A stretch of 64,000 bases of DNA. Origin: the human T2T-CHM13v2.0 reference genome, Homo sapiens. The stretch lies in assembly GCF_009914755.1 (NCBI RefSeq), contig NC_060943.1, one strand, 5' to 3'. The number at the start of each line of letters is the position of its first letter. The first letter of the stretch is position 1. The notes below the pieces were generated by a model that ran no database searches, was not told the origin of the DNA, and saw only the letters and a list, made by a program, of their open reading frames with translations. Shown piece by piece: positions 29,170 through 55,331 of the stretch. The position numbers and the translations under genes are program-made.

Positions 29170-29446
29170 TAGCCAGCATCACATTGTCAGCCCTGCGAGT
29201 GACCTTCCTAGAAAGCAGACCCTTCAGGCCCAGTAAAGCTGCAGATGACTGCACCCTGACTGGCTTCTTTACTCCAACCTCATGAGACTCACCAAGTCAC
29301 AATCACCCAGCTTCATAATAAAAAGCTGAAAACAAACACTCTTCAATTCCTGCCCCACAGAATTTGAGAGGTAACAAATATCTGTTGCTGTTTTAAGCCC
29401 TGAAGCCCTGGGGTAATTTGCTAGGCAACAATGGATAACTAATGCA
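29170..29446 (+). mobile_element. MLT1-type MaLR LTR 3' part
   Basis: CAGATGACTGCA..CAACCTCATGAGAC..GTTTTAAGCC..GGGGTAATTTG..GATAACTAATGCA. Confidence 0.65.
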
Positions 29447-30775
29447 GCTTCTGTCACATCTTCTAGGAAACTTCTTAACCTGCTCTCTCAGTACAAAATC
29501 CCCTTTCTCCATTTGGTTCCATGTAAACCTCTGTTCATCCTTCAAAATTCACCTAAAGGAGTGTTTCCCAAAATAGGGTTCAGGTGTCAGTGGCTGAGGG
29601 CATGTGAGATGATTCTAAGGGGTTACACACGACAGTTGTTAAAAAGCGTTACAGGCTATGCTTGTGATTAAGCGCCTATTAGAGAAAAATAATTGAAAAT
29701 AGCATATTAATCACATGATTGGATAAACATTATTGTTTTAAGATGAGGCCAAAGAAAAACAGTGAGTTGCTTTAAGGAAAATTTTTGAGTAAATAGCAGT
29801 GCAAGTGCTATTCAGATCGTAAAAGTGGAACACGACTAAAATTTGGAAGCGCAGTGAGGAATAGCAGGAATTCCTCTAGGAAACCTTCCCTGCCGCTCCA
29901 GGTGGGCCAGTTTGCCCCTCATTCAGACCCCTAAATACCTAAATATCTCTCCACTTGGCGCTGGTGGAATGTGTCAGGATCCCATCTCTGGCTGATGGAA
30001 GTCTGTGAGGAGGCTGTGGGCTCTGCATCTGACCTGAGCTCCAAGTCTGCAGGGCAGGCCCTGGGGAAGGGGAGATGGATGGAAAGTGGGGAGTAAGGAC
30101 AAGCCAGGAGCCCACACAAGGTGGAAGGTTTCGGGACCCACAGAACCTGCCTCTATTCTTGCTGCCTCATCTTGGTGGTGCAGGGGACCTGCAGGAGTGA
30201 CCTTTGTCACAGAGGTCAACGCACACCTGGCTCAGGAGGTGGAGAAACTGAAGGAGGATTGGGGTAAAGGTGGAGCAGTTTCAGGTCCTGCTGCTGCTCC
30301 AGGCTGACCAGCCGAGCTAGCAGATGAGCAACACCTGGACCTGAGCCACGGAAGCTCCTGCCTGGATTTCCCCAGCATGAAATGCACAACGGCGGCTGCT
30401 TTGGGCAGGTGTGTCCCGCTCCCACCCTAACAGGAACCTACAGGGAAGAGAGTTCTGAGAGGTGTCGTTCAGCCTAGCCACAGTCATTGTCACCACACCC
30501 TCTTATGGGCCTGAGCACCCTTTTCTGTCTGCCCTTCCTGGGAATGAGAAGTCCCTGAGAGCGGGGATGGGTCTCATTCATTTTGGGGTCTTAGTATCAT
30601 TCAGCATAGGGCTTGGCACAGAGCAGGAGCTCAGGGAGTGCACAGTGAATTAATGAATGATTCTTAAAGAGCCCCTACATTTAAGTAAGAAATCCATCCA
30701 TTGAATAAGAAATCCATCCATCACAGGTTCTTCCTGTGTCCACCTGGGTGGGGAAAGATGGACTCATCAGTGGCC

Positions 30776-31288
30776 TGAAAGGGATCAAGTTAAGTCACCC
30801 CAAAATGTACCACGTTGGTATAAGGATTGTTTTGAGCTGAAGGCCATTGAGAATCAACAGATGCTGGAAGAGCACTGCCCTCTCCTTATCTACCTAGAAG
30901 CAGGGCATATATTTCCTTTTGGGAAGGTGTTTCCTCCCCAGACCATTAAGAAAAGCAACTCATCCTGGAGATGGCGAGTCCACACTGAGATGAGTATGCA
31001 TAGACAGACCTCACTAACAGAACCTGCATCTCCATCAGTGCCCCAGGTATTTCCGGGTCACTGTCCCATGATGTATCACCCTTTGAAGAACAAGCCCCTT
31101 TCCTTTGTTAAAATGGTATATAAGCCCCACAAGTCTAGCCGTTTCATTTTTTCTTTTCTGTGAACTCCCATGCATGTAATAAAAATTCTCTGCCCTTTCT
31201 GTTGTTAATTGGTCTTTTGTTAGTTTAATTCACAGGCCTCCAGATACTGAACCTAAGTGGATAGAGGAAAAGCATTCCCTCCCTGAAA
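30776..31288 (+). mobile_element. MER34-like LTR
   Basis: CACCCCAAAATGTACCAC..GGATTGTTTTGAGCTGAAGG..TATATAAGC..AATAAA..GAACCTAAG. Confidence 0.6.
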
Positions 31289-31513
31289 GGCAGTTTTCCA
31301 GACTAACAAACAAATGTCATAAGTATGTACATCTTCCAGAAAACGGAGTTGTCTAGTTACATAGTATGCCCTGGGCAATGGATTAATACATGTAACTTAG
31401 GCAATTCATCTGAATTTCAGATTTTTGAAGGCTAAGAGCTACCTTCACAGGACCAAGTGATGGTCTCTGGAGTCTGGGTGTTTTACAGAGCTCCATTGAT
31501 AGAAATAATCTTT

Positions 31514-34500
31514 GCAAGAACATTGTAGGATGATGAATAGGATCTGCTTATATCTCAAGTTGTCTGGGAAGCGGGGACATTTGCTCCTTCTTATCTTGCT
31601 GGGATTTCTGTCACCAGCAGTTGGAAGGGACTCCAGTTTTAAGACAAAGGTTTACAGTTTCTTTGGCACCAAGAGCAAAAGAAGCATAAAACTAGGCAGA
31701 AAGGGGTATAATATTATCATGTTGAGAAAAGGAATATGGAAAATGTAACCTTTTGCATCTCCTGAGTTAATGAATCTATACTCTGAGAAGGGCAGAAATG
31801 AGAACCACCTCCCCATCTCTGCAATAAATTCCCTAGAAGGTTTGGATTTTAGCCAAGAAGTTTCTGCTTTCCTGGAGAATGTCTCTCAATTCAAACTCTA
31901 AACCCCAAAGCCAGAAAAGGCAAACGTTACCTTGTCTGGGCTTTAATCCAAGTTTTCAGTGGCTGGAAACACGGTTACACTCCTGGAGACAAGGTGGCCT
32001 TGGACACCCAGGAAGAGCCCTGCTCCCGGGCACACCTGGCCCTGGAGCCAGACCACCTGGGTTTGAACCCCAGCTCTGCACCTTACCAGCAGAGCTTCCT
32101 GTCTGGAAAGTGGAGATGATCGTGATATCACTGACCTCAGACTGTGGTTGTCTCAATTAAATTAACAATCCATGTTATGAGTGTACAAGTATCGGGCACA
32201 GAGCATTGACTCAATTAATACTGATCTGTAATGAATGGGGATTCATGCCAAGTGCTGATGATGTGCATGACATTAGTGCTGACTGCTGTAAGTACTGGAA
32301 GCCGTCATGATAATGAACAGTGACTTTCATCACAGTTCATGGGGTCCTTTGTGAAACATGAGGGGGCATTAAGCAGAAACAGCCAGCCCAGCCCTCTCCA
32401 CCACCCTTTGAGGAGGTGTATCTATGCCTGGTTTACAGTGTGGAAACTGAGGCTCAGAGACGGGGACTGGATTGTGCACGGTCACCCAGTCATGAAGGCC
32501 AAGAAATGATGGATGGGATGCAGGCTGTGTGCTCAGCCCCCTCCCTGTGGAGCAGCTCAGGGGCGTGGGGCATCCAGTCGCCCTGAAGATGCTGCTCTTG
32601 TCTGTCTGCCTCTCTCTCTTTCCACCACACTAGGTCTCTGTTTCTGGCTCTGTCTCCTCTTCACTGTGTGTCTGTGGTTCACTTTGTGTCTTTTCATCTC
32701 TGTGTCTCCCTGTCTGTCTCTGTCTTTGTCTCTCTACCAATGGGTACCTTCTGTCTTTCCTTCCTTCTTTTCTTTTCTTTTCTCTTCTCTTCCTTTCTTC
32801 CTTCCTTCCTTTCTTCCTTCCTTTCTTCCTTCCTTCCTTTCTTCCTTCCTTCCTTCCTTTCTTTTCTTTCCAGAGTCTCACTCTATCACCCAGGCTGGAG
32901 TGCAGTGTCATGATCTTGGCTCACTGCAACCTCTGCCTCCTGGGTTCAAGTGACTCTCCTGCCTCAGCCTCCTGAGTAGCTGGGATTACAGGTGTGTGCC
33001 ACCACATCCGGCTAATTTTTGTATTTTTAGTAGAGACAGGGTTTCACCATGTTGGCCAGGCTAGTGTCAAACTCCTAATCTCAAATGATCCGCCCGTCTC
33101 AGCCTCCCAAAGTGCTGGGATTACAGGTGTGAGCCACCACTCCAGCCTCTTCTTTCTGTTTCTGTGTATTTATGAGTGTCCTTCCTCCTGCACACTGTCT
33201 GTCTCTCACTCTGTATCTCTCCAGCTCTGTCCGTCTCTTTTTCTGGGTCTCCTTCCCTCTGTGTCTCTCTGTGCCTCCCTCTTTGTCTCTGTTCTGATTT
33301 TGTGTGGCCCCATCAGCTTGACTATGGTGGTGTCTCCATGTCCCTCCTCCTCCTCTCAGATGCTCTTTTGGTTCTGTGTTTTCCTTCTGTCTCTGTGTCC
33401 CTGTGGGGGTCTCAGGACCAGGACGAGGGTGAAGTAAGTGAGGTGTCTCTGCTGCAAAATCTAAGGAGACACCCAAATCCAGGGTTGCACAAGTGACCCC
33501 TTAATTTTTAGTCCTAGGCCCTTTCTCTCTCCCCTCACTCTCTCTCTTTTCTGGATTACAACACCATTGATTTTTAATCAAGAATCCACAAGCCTGGGTC
33601 CTCTCTTGTCTCACCCTAGTCCTGCCCTGCATCTCTCTATGGCTCACCTTCTACTTCTCCGGCTCTGGCTCTTGAGTTCTCCCTCTCTCCGTGCCTCTCC
33701 TCTCCCTCCATCTCTCTATGTTAGTGTCTCTGTCCCCTTCACTCTCTGTCTCTCTCTGTATCTCCCCTCTCCACCCCCGTATTTCTCTGACTCTGTCTCT
33801 CTCTGGGTCTTTATCATTTTCTCTTTCTCTCTCCATCCCTGCCCCAACTCTCTCTGTGTGTTTCCCAGTCTCTCTGTTTTCCCCTAAGCCAGGGGCTTCA
33901 TGTTGTCCATCTGTATTGAGGTCTTGGGTGGCCAGCAGGGTTCTCTGCTTAGTGGGGGCTTCCCCTCAGTGCTTTCCATATGCTGTCCAGACTGGGGGTG
34001 CTGCAGCTAGAAAGGGAAGAAGGTTTCCATATTTCCTGAGACTGGAGTCACATCCTGTCACCAATGCACTCACCTGCTGACTAACCAGTGTACTTCTGGG
34101 AATTGCAAATGCATGAAATGGCACCCATTCTAGACTAGTCACGGCAGTGTTGGTGATGGTCACAGACCGGGAACGACCCTGACGTTTATCCATAGAGAAC
34201 TGGGTCATGAGCCATGATCCACATCATGGATACTGGTCAGCTGTGGCAAAGAATGAGGTATCCTTCTGTCTGTGCACTGGGGAAGGTTTCCAAGATACAC
34301 CGCACAGTGAGAAAAACAAGAAGCAGAACAATGCACGGTGTGCTACCTCTTACATTACAAAAGAGGAAATGTAAAATTAATTTACAAATGGCCAATAAGC
34401 ACATGAAAACATGCTCAACATCACTAATCATTAGGAAAATAAAAATCACAACTACAGTGAGATACCACCTTACATCCATTACGATGGTTGTTCTCAAAAA

Positions 34501-34750
34501 AAAAGAAAAACAGAAAAGAACAAGTGTTGGCGAGGAGGAATTGGAACGCTTGTGTAGTGTTTGTGGGTATGTGATATGGCGCAACCACTGTGGTCATTTC
34601 TCAAAAAATTAATCATAGACTTACCACAAGATGCAGCAATTCGGCTTCTGGTGTATTCCAAAAAGAACGGAAAGCAGGGGCCCCAGCAGATATTTGCACG
34701 TCTTTGTTCATAGCAGCATTATTCACAATAGCTAAAAGTTGGAAACAAGC
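31514..34750 (+). repeat. Direct segmental duplication, copy A (pairs with 59203-61392)
   Basis: Colinear from GCAAGAACATTGTAGGATG to AAACAAGCC. Paired ORFs in the track (31512 vs 59192, 31956 vs 59634, 33651 vs 60574). Confidence 0.92.
32755..33147 (-). mobile_element. AluS with (CCTT)n tail-derived microsatellite
   Basis: Alu body 32870-33147 preceded by a CT-rich simple repeat. Confidence 0.85.
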
Positions 34751-35545
34751 CCAGTGTCCATCCGTCCGTGAATGAATAAACAAAACGTGGTCTATATGTA
34801 CAAATGAATGGAATTCAGCCATAACAAGAAGGGTGGTTCTGATGGTGCTTCAGCATGAATGAGCCTTGAGTTCTTTCTGCTAAGTGAAATAATCAGACTC
34901 AAAAAGACAAATTTGCATGATTCCACTTAACAGAGGTGCCTAACGTCATGAAATGCATAGACAGAAAATGAAAAGGTGGTTGTCAGTGGCTGGAGGGAGG
35001 GGGAAAGAGGAGTTGGTGTTTAATGGGCACAGAATTCCAGTTGGGGAATATGAAAAAGTTCTGGGTGGGGATGGACAGTGGTGGTGGTTGAACAACAACC
35101 TAAATGTACTTCCTGCCCCTGGATATACACTTAAAAGTGGTTAAAATGGGCTGGGCAAGGTGGCTCACGTCTAGTCCCAGTACTTTGGGAGGTTGTGGCG
35201 GGCGGATCACGAGGTCAGGAGATCAAGACCATCCTGGCTAACATGACAAAATACCCTCTCTATCTCTACTAAAAATACAAAAAATTAGCCGGGCGTGGTG
35301 GCATGCACCTGTAGTCCCAGCTACTCAGGAGGTTGAAGCACAAGAATCGGTTGAACCTGGGAGGTGAAGGTTGCAGTGAGCCAAGATCGTGCCATTGCAT
35401 TCCAGCCTGGGTGACAGAACAAGACCCCTTCTCAAAAAAAAAAAAAAAAGAAAGAAAGAAAGAAAAGAAAAGAAAAGAAAAGAAAAAAAGTGGTTAAAAT
35501 GGTGAATTCTATGTTATATATATTTTACCATAATTTACAATAATT
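34380..35545 (+). mobile_element. L1M 3' end with inserted Alu (35148-35487)
   Basis: GCAGCATTATTCACAATAGC..CTAAGTGAAATAA..CACTTAAAAGTGGTTAAAATGG, with the last motif duplicated as the Alu TSD. Confidence 0.8.
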
Positions 35546-37035
35546 CCTATTGTTTTGCATAAAACAGCTGTAGAAAGCTTTGCAGGTCATGAACAGCACA
35601 GCTGGCCACTGGGGCTGGTGTGGGGCTAGGACCTGGGTGCACAGGGAACAGGTATGAGACACAGGCTCTTCATGCCTGCACACACATATGGATACACAAG
35701 GATGCAAATTTCTGAGCCATCTAAATACAACACCTATTCAAAAAATCAAACAGAAAAAGGAAATGAATGGAGCTGAAGGATGAGGGCAGGTGGGGCGGCT
35801 GCTCGGGAGGACTCTGGAGACCACTTCACCCAACATTCGAGGCCTCTCTTAGCAGCTGGAGCTCATCCGGGGGACTTAGGAGCTCTGGAAAGAGGAACAG
35901 GAGAGGGCCATGGCCGGAGGAGGCCTGAAAAAGATCATCTCTGCCACAGAGAAGATGCTGGCTCGGATACTGGTGTCCCCCGTGGAGGCAGGGAGACCCA
36001 GGGAGACAACTGTATTCATTCAAGGAGGAATGGGTGGTGGTGCAAACTTGGGTGGAGGCCACAGGGTGCAGAAGACAGGACACAGCAGAGATAGATGTAG
36101 GACATGGAAGGGACAGAAAGGAGTGATCACTGGACGTAAAGGGGCAAGGAAAGTGGAAGCATGAGAACATCTGCTGGGCATCCGGCTGAGAGGTCGGGTG
36201 TCCAGGGTGCCCTTCCCTGAGGGAGAACCCAGGACAGGAGCAGATTCAGAGAAAACCACCCAGCTCACTCCAGCAAGAAGCAGAAAAGGGACTGGTTAAA
36301 GGACAGGGTAGGAAGGTCACCAAGCTCCAAGGGCCCTCATGAAGCCAGCTTGGAGGCCACAGGGCCCAGGGCAAGGACCAAACCACAGGCACAGGACAGC
36401 TCCGGTCAAGATCTTCTGGCCACTGCAGGAGGCAGAAACCACACCCTGCACCCTGCACTGCTGAGGCTGGCCCTGGAGTCCAGAAGCTTCTACACCAGAA
36501 GCTTCTGTCCCCCATCCCCACTCAAAAAATTAAAAACAAAAAGCAAATCGGTGCCATGCACCCTCTGCTTCCTGGTGCTGTTCGGGATCCTGAGTCTTTC
36601 ACGGGGGCACCTGATGGGGAAAGCCTGGACCCGTGTCTGTGTCCCTCCTGCAAGGAGTGCTGGGAAAATGAACTTTCCAGCTTCCTCCTTGGGAAGACAG
36701 AACATTCCCCATGTGTACTGGTGGCATTTAAAAACTGCACGGCAGCCAGAGAACATGGACCGTGTTCCACCAGGAGAGTTCCTGGAGGGATGTCCCGGTG
36801 CAGACGCCCGTCCCAAGGTGGGTATTTGAGCTGAGGAACTGAGAAGCCGGTTTCTGCCTAGAGTTAGAGATCCGACAGGCATCAGCACATGGAAGGGAGG
36901 GAAGCTACGATGCATCGAGGGTGGGAGATCAGATGAACCAGGAGAGGCAGGGCCCGGGAGGAACCCCGGGGAGCAGCCGCCTTTAAAGCCTGGGGGAAGT
37001 AGCTTCAGAGAAGGTGGGGTAGGTTGGGTGGGGGT

Positions 37036-37947
37036 TGCTGGAAAAAGATAATTAAGAAACAAATTTCTGCTCAGCCCAGAAACCCCCGTCATATCCGTAG
37101 AAGCAAAAGAAACCTGTCTTATGACTGAGTAAGCATTAAGCCAAAATGTGATGCAATCTGCTAAGAGATGACAAAGACAGAAAGAAATCCCACCTTTGTA
37201 TCCAGCCAAGCAGGTGCAACCCGTTACACACGTGGTCTCCAGATAGACGGTGACTAGTTCCCAGTTGAGAGGACTCAACGGCACCATTTGTCACACATAG
37301 TTCATCCTAAATTCACCCAGTAACTGTGTTGATTCTCTGTGTGGTTAATTGGCTTTATCCACAGGAAAAACAAACCTCTCTTATCTATGACAGGAGGTAG
37401 TTTTGCAACTGGGAGTGAGATGCCCCCAGAACTGAGGTTCCTTCCTTCTCACAGAAACTGGGAGACAGGGGCGCTTTCTGCCCGGATGCCTGCCTTTCAA
37501 AGAGAGGGCTCCTATGGCCTTGAGGAGGACAGTTCTGGGTTGTGAGGCAGGCAAGATGCTTATGTATGCTTTAGAAAGCTTTACATACATCTTCAAGGGA
37601 CAGAGAAAGAATTTTCAATTACACCTCTTCTAAAAAATAAGTGCTCTCAAAGTCCAGCCTGGGCAACATAGCAAGATCCAATCTCCACACACACAATAAT
37701 AATAATCAATTTGCTGGGCATAGTGGGGTATATGCGTGTAGTCCCAGCTACTCAGGAGGCTAAGGAGGGAGGATCACCTGAGCCCAGGAGGTTAAGGCTG
37801 CAGTAAGCTTGGATGGCACCACTGCACTCCAGCCTGGGTGACAGAGGGAGACTCTATCAATGAATGAATGAATGAATGAATGAATGAATGAATGAAGAGA
37901 AAATGATCTGAGTGAAAAGAGGAGAGTCTCTTTATCTTTTTGCAACA
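37036..37947 (-). mobile_element. MER4-group LTR (LTR39-like) with an inserted partial Alu and (GAAT)n (37652-37895)
   Basis: GCACCATTTGTCACACATAGTTCATCCTA..GACAGGAGGTAGTTTTGCAACT..GGGACAGAGAAAGAATTT. Confidence 0.55.
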
Positions 37948-39129
37948 GGCTAAACAAAATTTTTAAAAATGTATATTTGCCTCACAGAGATTATTCCAGG
38001 AAAAGAAGTGGCCCTCAGTGTCAAAGGATGCAAAACTAACCTGTGAGTTCCTGGCAGGTTTAGCAATAAAGCAGGATGTTGCTGATCTCAGTACAAGCAA
38101 TGTTAGAGAAAGGGGAAGATGGAAGTGGACATGGACGAGTGAGTGGCAGGTGACAAATGGAAGCAAAGAAACGTATCCAGACCACTGAAGATGCTTGACC
38201 GAGAAAAAAGAGGCGGTGGAGGGAATGGAAGCCCAAGGAAGTCATTTGTTGCAATAAGAGGCCTCAGAGCACGTGTAGGGTGCGGGGCAGAGCCCATGCA
38301 GAGGGGCTGTGGAAGGCTGGTAGGGTGCAGGTGGCCCCACTCTCCATCACCCTGAGGAGTATGTGGTCAGAGTTAAAGCTCAGTCTGTTTCTGGGATCAG
38401 GTAAGAGGTCAGCGTCCGGAGAAGAGAGGTGGATCTTCAGATCCTGCAGACCTCCACCGCGCCCTCTGTCCCTCTTGACTGCTTTTTCTCCATCTCCATT
38501 GTCTGGCTCACATTCCTGTCACGTCTTCCTTTCTCCCTGCCCCTCTTTTCTCTTTTCTCCTCTCTTTTTCTTAACCCTTGTACCTTTGGAAGTCCCACTA
38601 ATAGAATTTAAACAGCTTTTCAAGTTGGTTTTTTGTTCCCAGAAATTGACTTTAGACTCTCCATGAATAATGTGGAAATCAAACGAGTATAAGCTGGTTC
38701 ATGTCTCTGCAATTAAACAAATAAAATCAACATTCCAATGCTTTCTTCTTCCAGAGTAGCCCACATTTGATTTTTTTTTTTCTTAATTACTGTCACTTGC
38801 GATAGATTTTTAAATCTTGTAACCTGGTTACACAAATACCATGGGGCAAAAGCCTTACTTCCTGTGAGAGGAAACCAGGCTTGACTAGCCTCATGCTGGC
38901 TTTGAAGAAGTAAAATCAGGGGTTGATGAATTTGCATAGGGTAAATATCAAAGGTCAAAAGTCAACAATAGGTGGTAGAGGGAATACCCCAAATTATAAA
39001 AGAACAAACTGCTTAAGCCACAATAGAATTATCGTAGAAATAAACCACGGTCCTTCCCACTAAAATATTCCACTTAGAATTGTAAAATATTTTCCTCAAT
39101 AACTCCTGGAAGAGCCTATTAAGAAATTA

Positions 39130-41370
<2,241 letters not shown>

Positions 41371-42185
41371 GGCCTATGAAAATCTTTAAGTGTAACTTTT
41401 CATTAAGTGCCATAGATCCCTCCTCTTTATAACATAAAGTCCTGTAAACTGCATGCAGGTCAGTTTGCCATAGGAATAATTTGTCTTTGCTGGAACATGC
41501 TGGGTGCTTGGCAGATGAAGAGATTGGAAGTGAACCACTGAGATGACTGATGAGCGTCCTCAGCAGGCTGTGTTGCAGGGGGAAGAGTGCAGGTTGTTTA
41601 TAAGGCCTGGGTCGTGCCCCTGGCCACCATTTCCTGGCTTTGTGACTCCAGCTTTACTTCTCCTTCCCAGGGCTCAGTTTTCCTCTCCTTGAAGGGGATG
41701 AGTGGAACCAGCTCTGGACGCTGAGCTGCCTGGGTGTAAAGGCTTCCTGTAATGGGCAGAAGAGTGGATAGGAGGGCAGCAGGGGAGCTGGACCAAAAGC
41801 ATCATGTGATTTGCCGTGATCACAGAGGATTTTCTGGAAGTAGCTTGGGCACAATGTGTGCAAGGAGACAGAAGGGTCTCGTGGTGGGGAATAGGACATT
41901 CACACGGCCTCCTCCATGGCTTACCTCACACAGCAGTTGTTAATTAGCCAAGAATTTGACAAACAGGCATTAAAGGCCTTCTGAATGTGACACACGACAC
42001 CCAGCTAGAAGAATATTGCCAAAAATCATTAAAACTACTCTAATCATAGTCTGAGTCAGACACATCCAGGTGGTGGAAGACTTTACAAAAAAAAAAAAAG
42101 TGAACCATTGCTTTCAATGACATTAAAGAAAATGAAAGGCAGGTGGGGAGCACTCCTAGATTAAAGGGGAGTCCAGAGATGAGAT

Positions 42186-42978
<793 letters not shown>

Positions 42979-43181
42979 AAAGACAACGCAGTGCAGTTCA
43001 TGCTTGACCCCGGATGTTCTCCTGATCAGAAAGCAAAAACGCAATGAGAGATGTCATTGGGACAACAGAGGAAAACTGGAAATGGGCTTCCTATTAGACA
43101 ACAGTGCATCTGTGTAAACTACACGGGTCTGATCCTGGTCTGTGGTTACGCAGGACAAAGTCCTTAAGAATAATCTATATA

Positions 43182-44595
<1,414 letters not shown>

Positions 44596-44901
44596 TACTG
44601 GGCATGTACTGTATGCCATGTAGGTGGTGGAGACATAGCAGGAGATCAGACAAACACTTCCCTGTCTGTGTGGCAAATATTAAACTTGCAATAAACTTGC
44701 AAAGACAAATAAAGATAAAATTTATAGAGATGTCAAAAATAAACATATAATTGCAAGTCACATTCATTTCTCTTTCTCTGCTATTCCTGCTCTCGCCTTC
44801 CCTCTTCTGCTTCTCCTCTCTCCGTCACAGACACCCACAACGTCCCTCTGCAGTCACTGACAGATACCCCAGGTTCCTTCCTGTCTTCCTCCCCGCCACC
44901 C

Positions 44902-45103
44902 CAGTGTGTTACAGCTGATTTGTACAGCCCTGGACAAGCCCATGGTTAAATAGCTAGGGATTTCATCAGCCTGGTTGGCAAACTGTAGGTAGCTTAAAAT
45001 CAGACATGCTATGAGTATTTACACCAGAGAAATAGGCCAACACTACGAGGCAGGATTTGTGGGTATTGTTTTTCAGAAAACTTGGTTTTTCAGCACAACA
45101 CTG
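44902..45103 (+). mobile_element. MER63-like hAT DNA transposon relic
   Basis: CAGTG.. and ..CAGCACAACACTG termini, internal GAGTATTTACACCA.GAAAT. Confidence 0.6.
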
Positions 45104-45614
45104 CTCTCCCATCGGCTTCCAGCAAATAAATGTTGCATTTTTCAGATATATCCTAATTCTTTCATAGATATTCAGTCTCTACTCCACCTCTGGCCAAGCC
45201 TTTCCTGGTGGTAGGAAACTGGGGACTTGAGTCCTATGTTGTACTGTGAGGGTAGAGAATAGAAGAGAAAGCATGAGAGAAAAGCATGAAAAGAAGAATC
45301 AAAAGAAAGCAATATAAGAAGGAAAGAGAAAGAACAGAGAAGTGGGAAGACAGTGGAGGGTAGAAACTAGGACCGGAAGACATGGGGACAAGCTGATGCC
45401 CACTGCACAACGTCCTCACAGGTAGTTGGGCCATTTCCCCATCTGGGGTACAGAGGTGGCCAGGGAGCCCATGAGAAATGAGGAAACTGCCTTCCCAAAC
45501 TACTGGAGAAAGAGGGTGGGGGTGGTGATCCACATAGCTGGGCTCAGGAGGAAAGAGGGCTGGGAGTCTGGACCGGGGGAACCTCGGGTCAAGATGCCAC
45601 AGTTTCTAACTATG

Positions 45615-45990
45615 GAGGGCCTGGGGGCCTGGACTCCTGGGTCTGAGGGAGGAGGGCCTGGGGGTCTGGACTCCTGGGTCGGAGGGAGGAGGGCCTCGGG
45701 GCCTGGACTCCTGGGTCTGAGAGAGGGAGGCCTGGGGCCTGGACTCCTGGGTCTGAGGGAGGAGGGGCTGGGGGGCTGGACTCCTGGGTCTGAGGGAGGA
45801 GGCACTGGGGGCCTGGACTCCTGGGTCTGAGGGAGGAGGGACTGGGGGCCTGGACTCCTGGGTCTGAGGGCGGAGGGGCTGGGGGTCTGGACTCCTGGGT
45901 CTGAAGGAGGAGGGGCTGAGGGGCTGGGGGTCCTGGACCCTCCATCTGAGGGAGGAGGGGCTGGATGCCTGGACCCGAAGGTCTGAGGAA
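45615..45990 (+). repeat. MSR1 chr19-type minisatellite (36-37 bp, 8 conserved + 2 degenerate units)
   Basis: GGGGCCTGGACTCCTGGGTCTGAGGGAGGAGGGGCTG. Core TGGAC at 45630, 45667, 45704, 45740, 45777, 45814, 45851, 45888, 45934, 45970. Confidence 0.9.
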
Positions 45991-46049
45991 GAAAGGGGGT
46001 CCCTGATAGGCCACTGCGGCCATTGAGACTTGGGGTGGGGCCCAAGCCT

Positions 46050-46166
46050 CCATTTTGCAAGGCCCTCCCCTCCCCACCCTTTTCTGGGCTGGCTGCTTAA
46101 GGGCTGGTATAAAGGACTTGTTTCCTGCTGAAAAAGCAGAAAGAGATTACCAGCCACAGACGGGTC
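46050..46166 (+). promoter_or_regulatory. CD177: CD177 core promoter and 5' UTR
   Basis: C/EBP-type TTTTGCAAG at 46053-46061, GT/GC box CCCCTCCCCACCC at 46067-46079, TATAAA at 46108-46113, ETS-like TTTCCTG at 46121. Confidence 0.75.
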
Positions 46167-54768
<8,602 letters not shown>

Positions 54769-55331
54769 CTCTATTACCCCCACGATTCTTCACCGCTGCT
54801 GACCACCCACACTCAACCTCCCTCTGACCTCATAACCTAATGGCCTTGGACACCAGATTCTTTCCCATTCTGTCCATGAATCATCTTCCCCACACACAAT
54901 CATTCATATCTACTCACCTAACAGCAACACTGGGGAGAGCCTGGAGCATCCGGACTTGCCCTATGGGAGAGGGGACGCTGGAGGAGTGGCTGCATGTATC
55001 TGATAATACAGACCCTGTCCTTTCTCCCAGTGCTGGGATTTCTCCATGTGAGGGGGCAGCAGGACACCCAGGGATCTAGCGTGGGGGAGGAGAGGAGCCT
55101 AATGAGAAAATGACCATCTAAAGCCTGCCCTTCATTGGTCTGGTTCACGTCTCCAAACCAGCTTGGATGGTAGCAGAGACTTCAGGGTGCTCCAGCCAAA
55201 CGTATTTGGGCATCACCATGACCTGGGAGGGGAAGATGCACTGAGACGTATGAGGCTTCCAGCCTAGCAGCCAGGGCCCTAGCACAAACAGGAGGCTCGC
55301 CCCATCTGAGCAACTGCAGGAGAGGTTAGTA

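Noticed and set aside
33416-33433. Possible 18-nt micro-exon (CAG|GACCAGGACGAGGGTGAA|GTAAGT) after a pyrimidine tract
   Set aside because: No partner exons or host gene found. Such motifs arise by chance in CT-rich DNA, and the segment is absent from the duplicate copy.
36490-37287. 265-aa minus-strand ORF
   Set aside because: Starts inside an LTR with a non-ATG start, and has no recognisable domain or splice structure.
41480-42000. Possible p53-responsive ncRNA that I recall being annotated a few kb upstream of CD177; a lone GAACATGCTG half-site at ~41494
   Set aside because: Nothing in the sequence defines a transcript, and one half-site is not evidence.
45615-45990. Regular ~37-bp repeats superficially like a CRISPR array
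   Set aside because: Head-to-tail tandem units with no unique spacers, no cas genes, and a eukaryotic context.
45426-46157. Pro/Ser- and Gly-rich ORFs of 134-186 aa (also 54001-54560)
   Set aside because: Translations of the MSR1 minisatellite.
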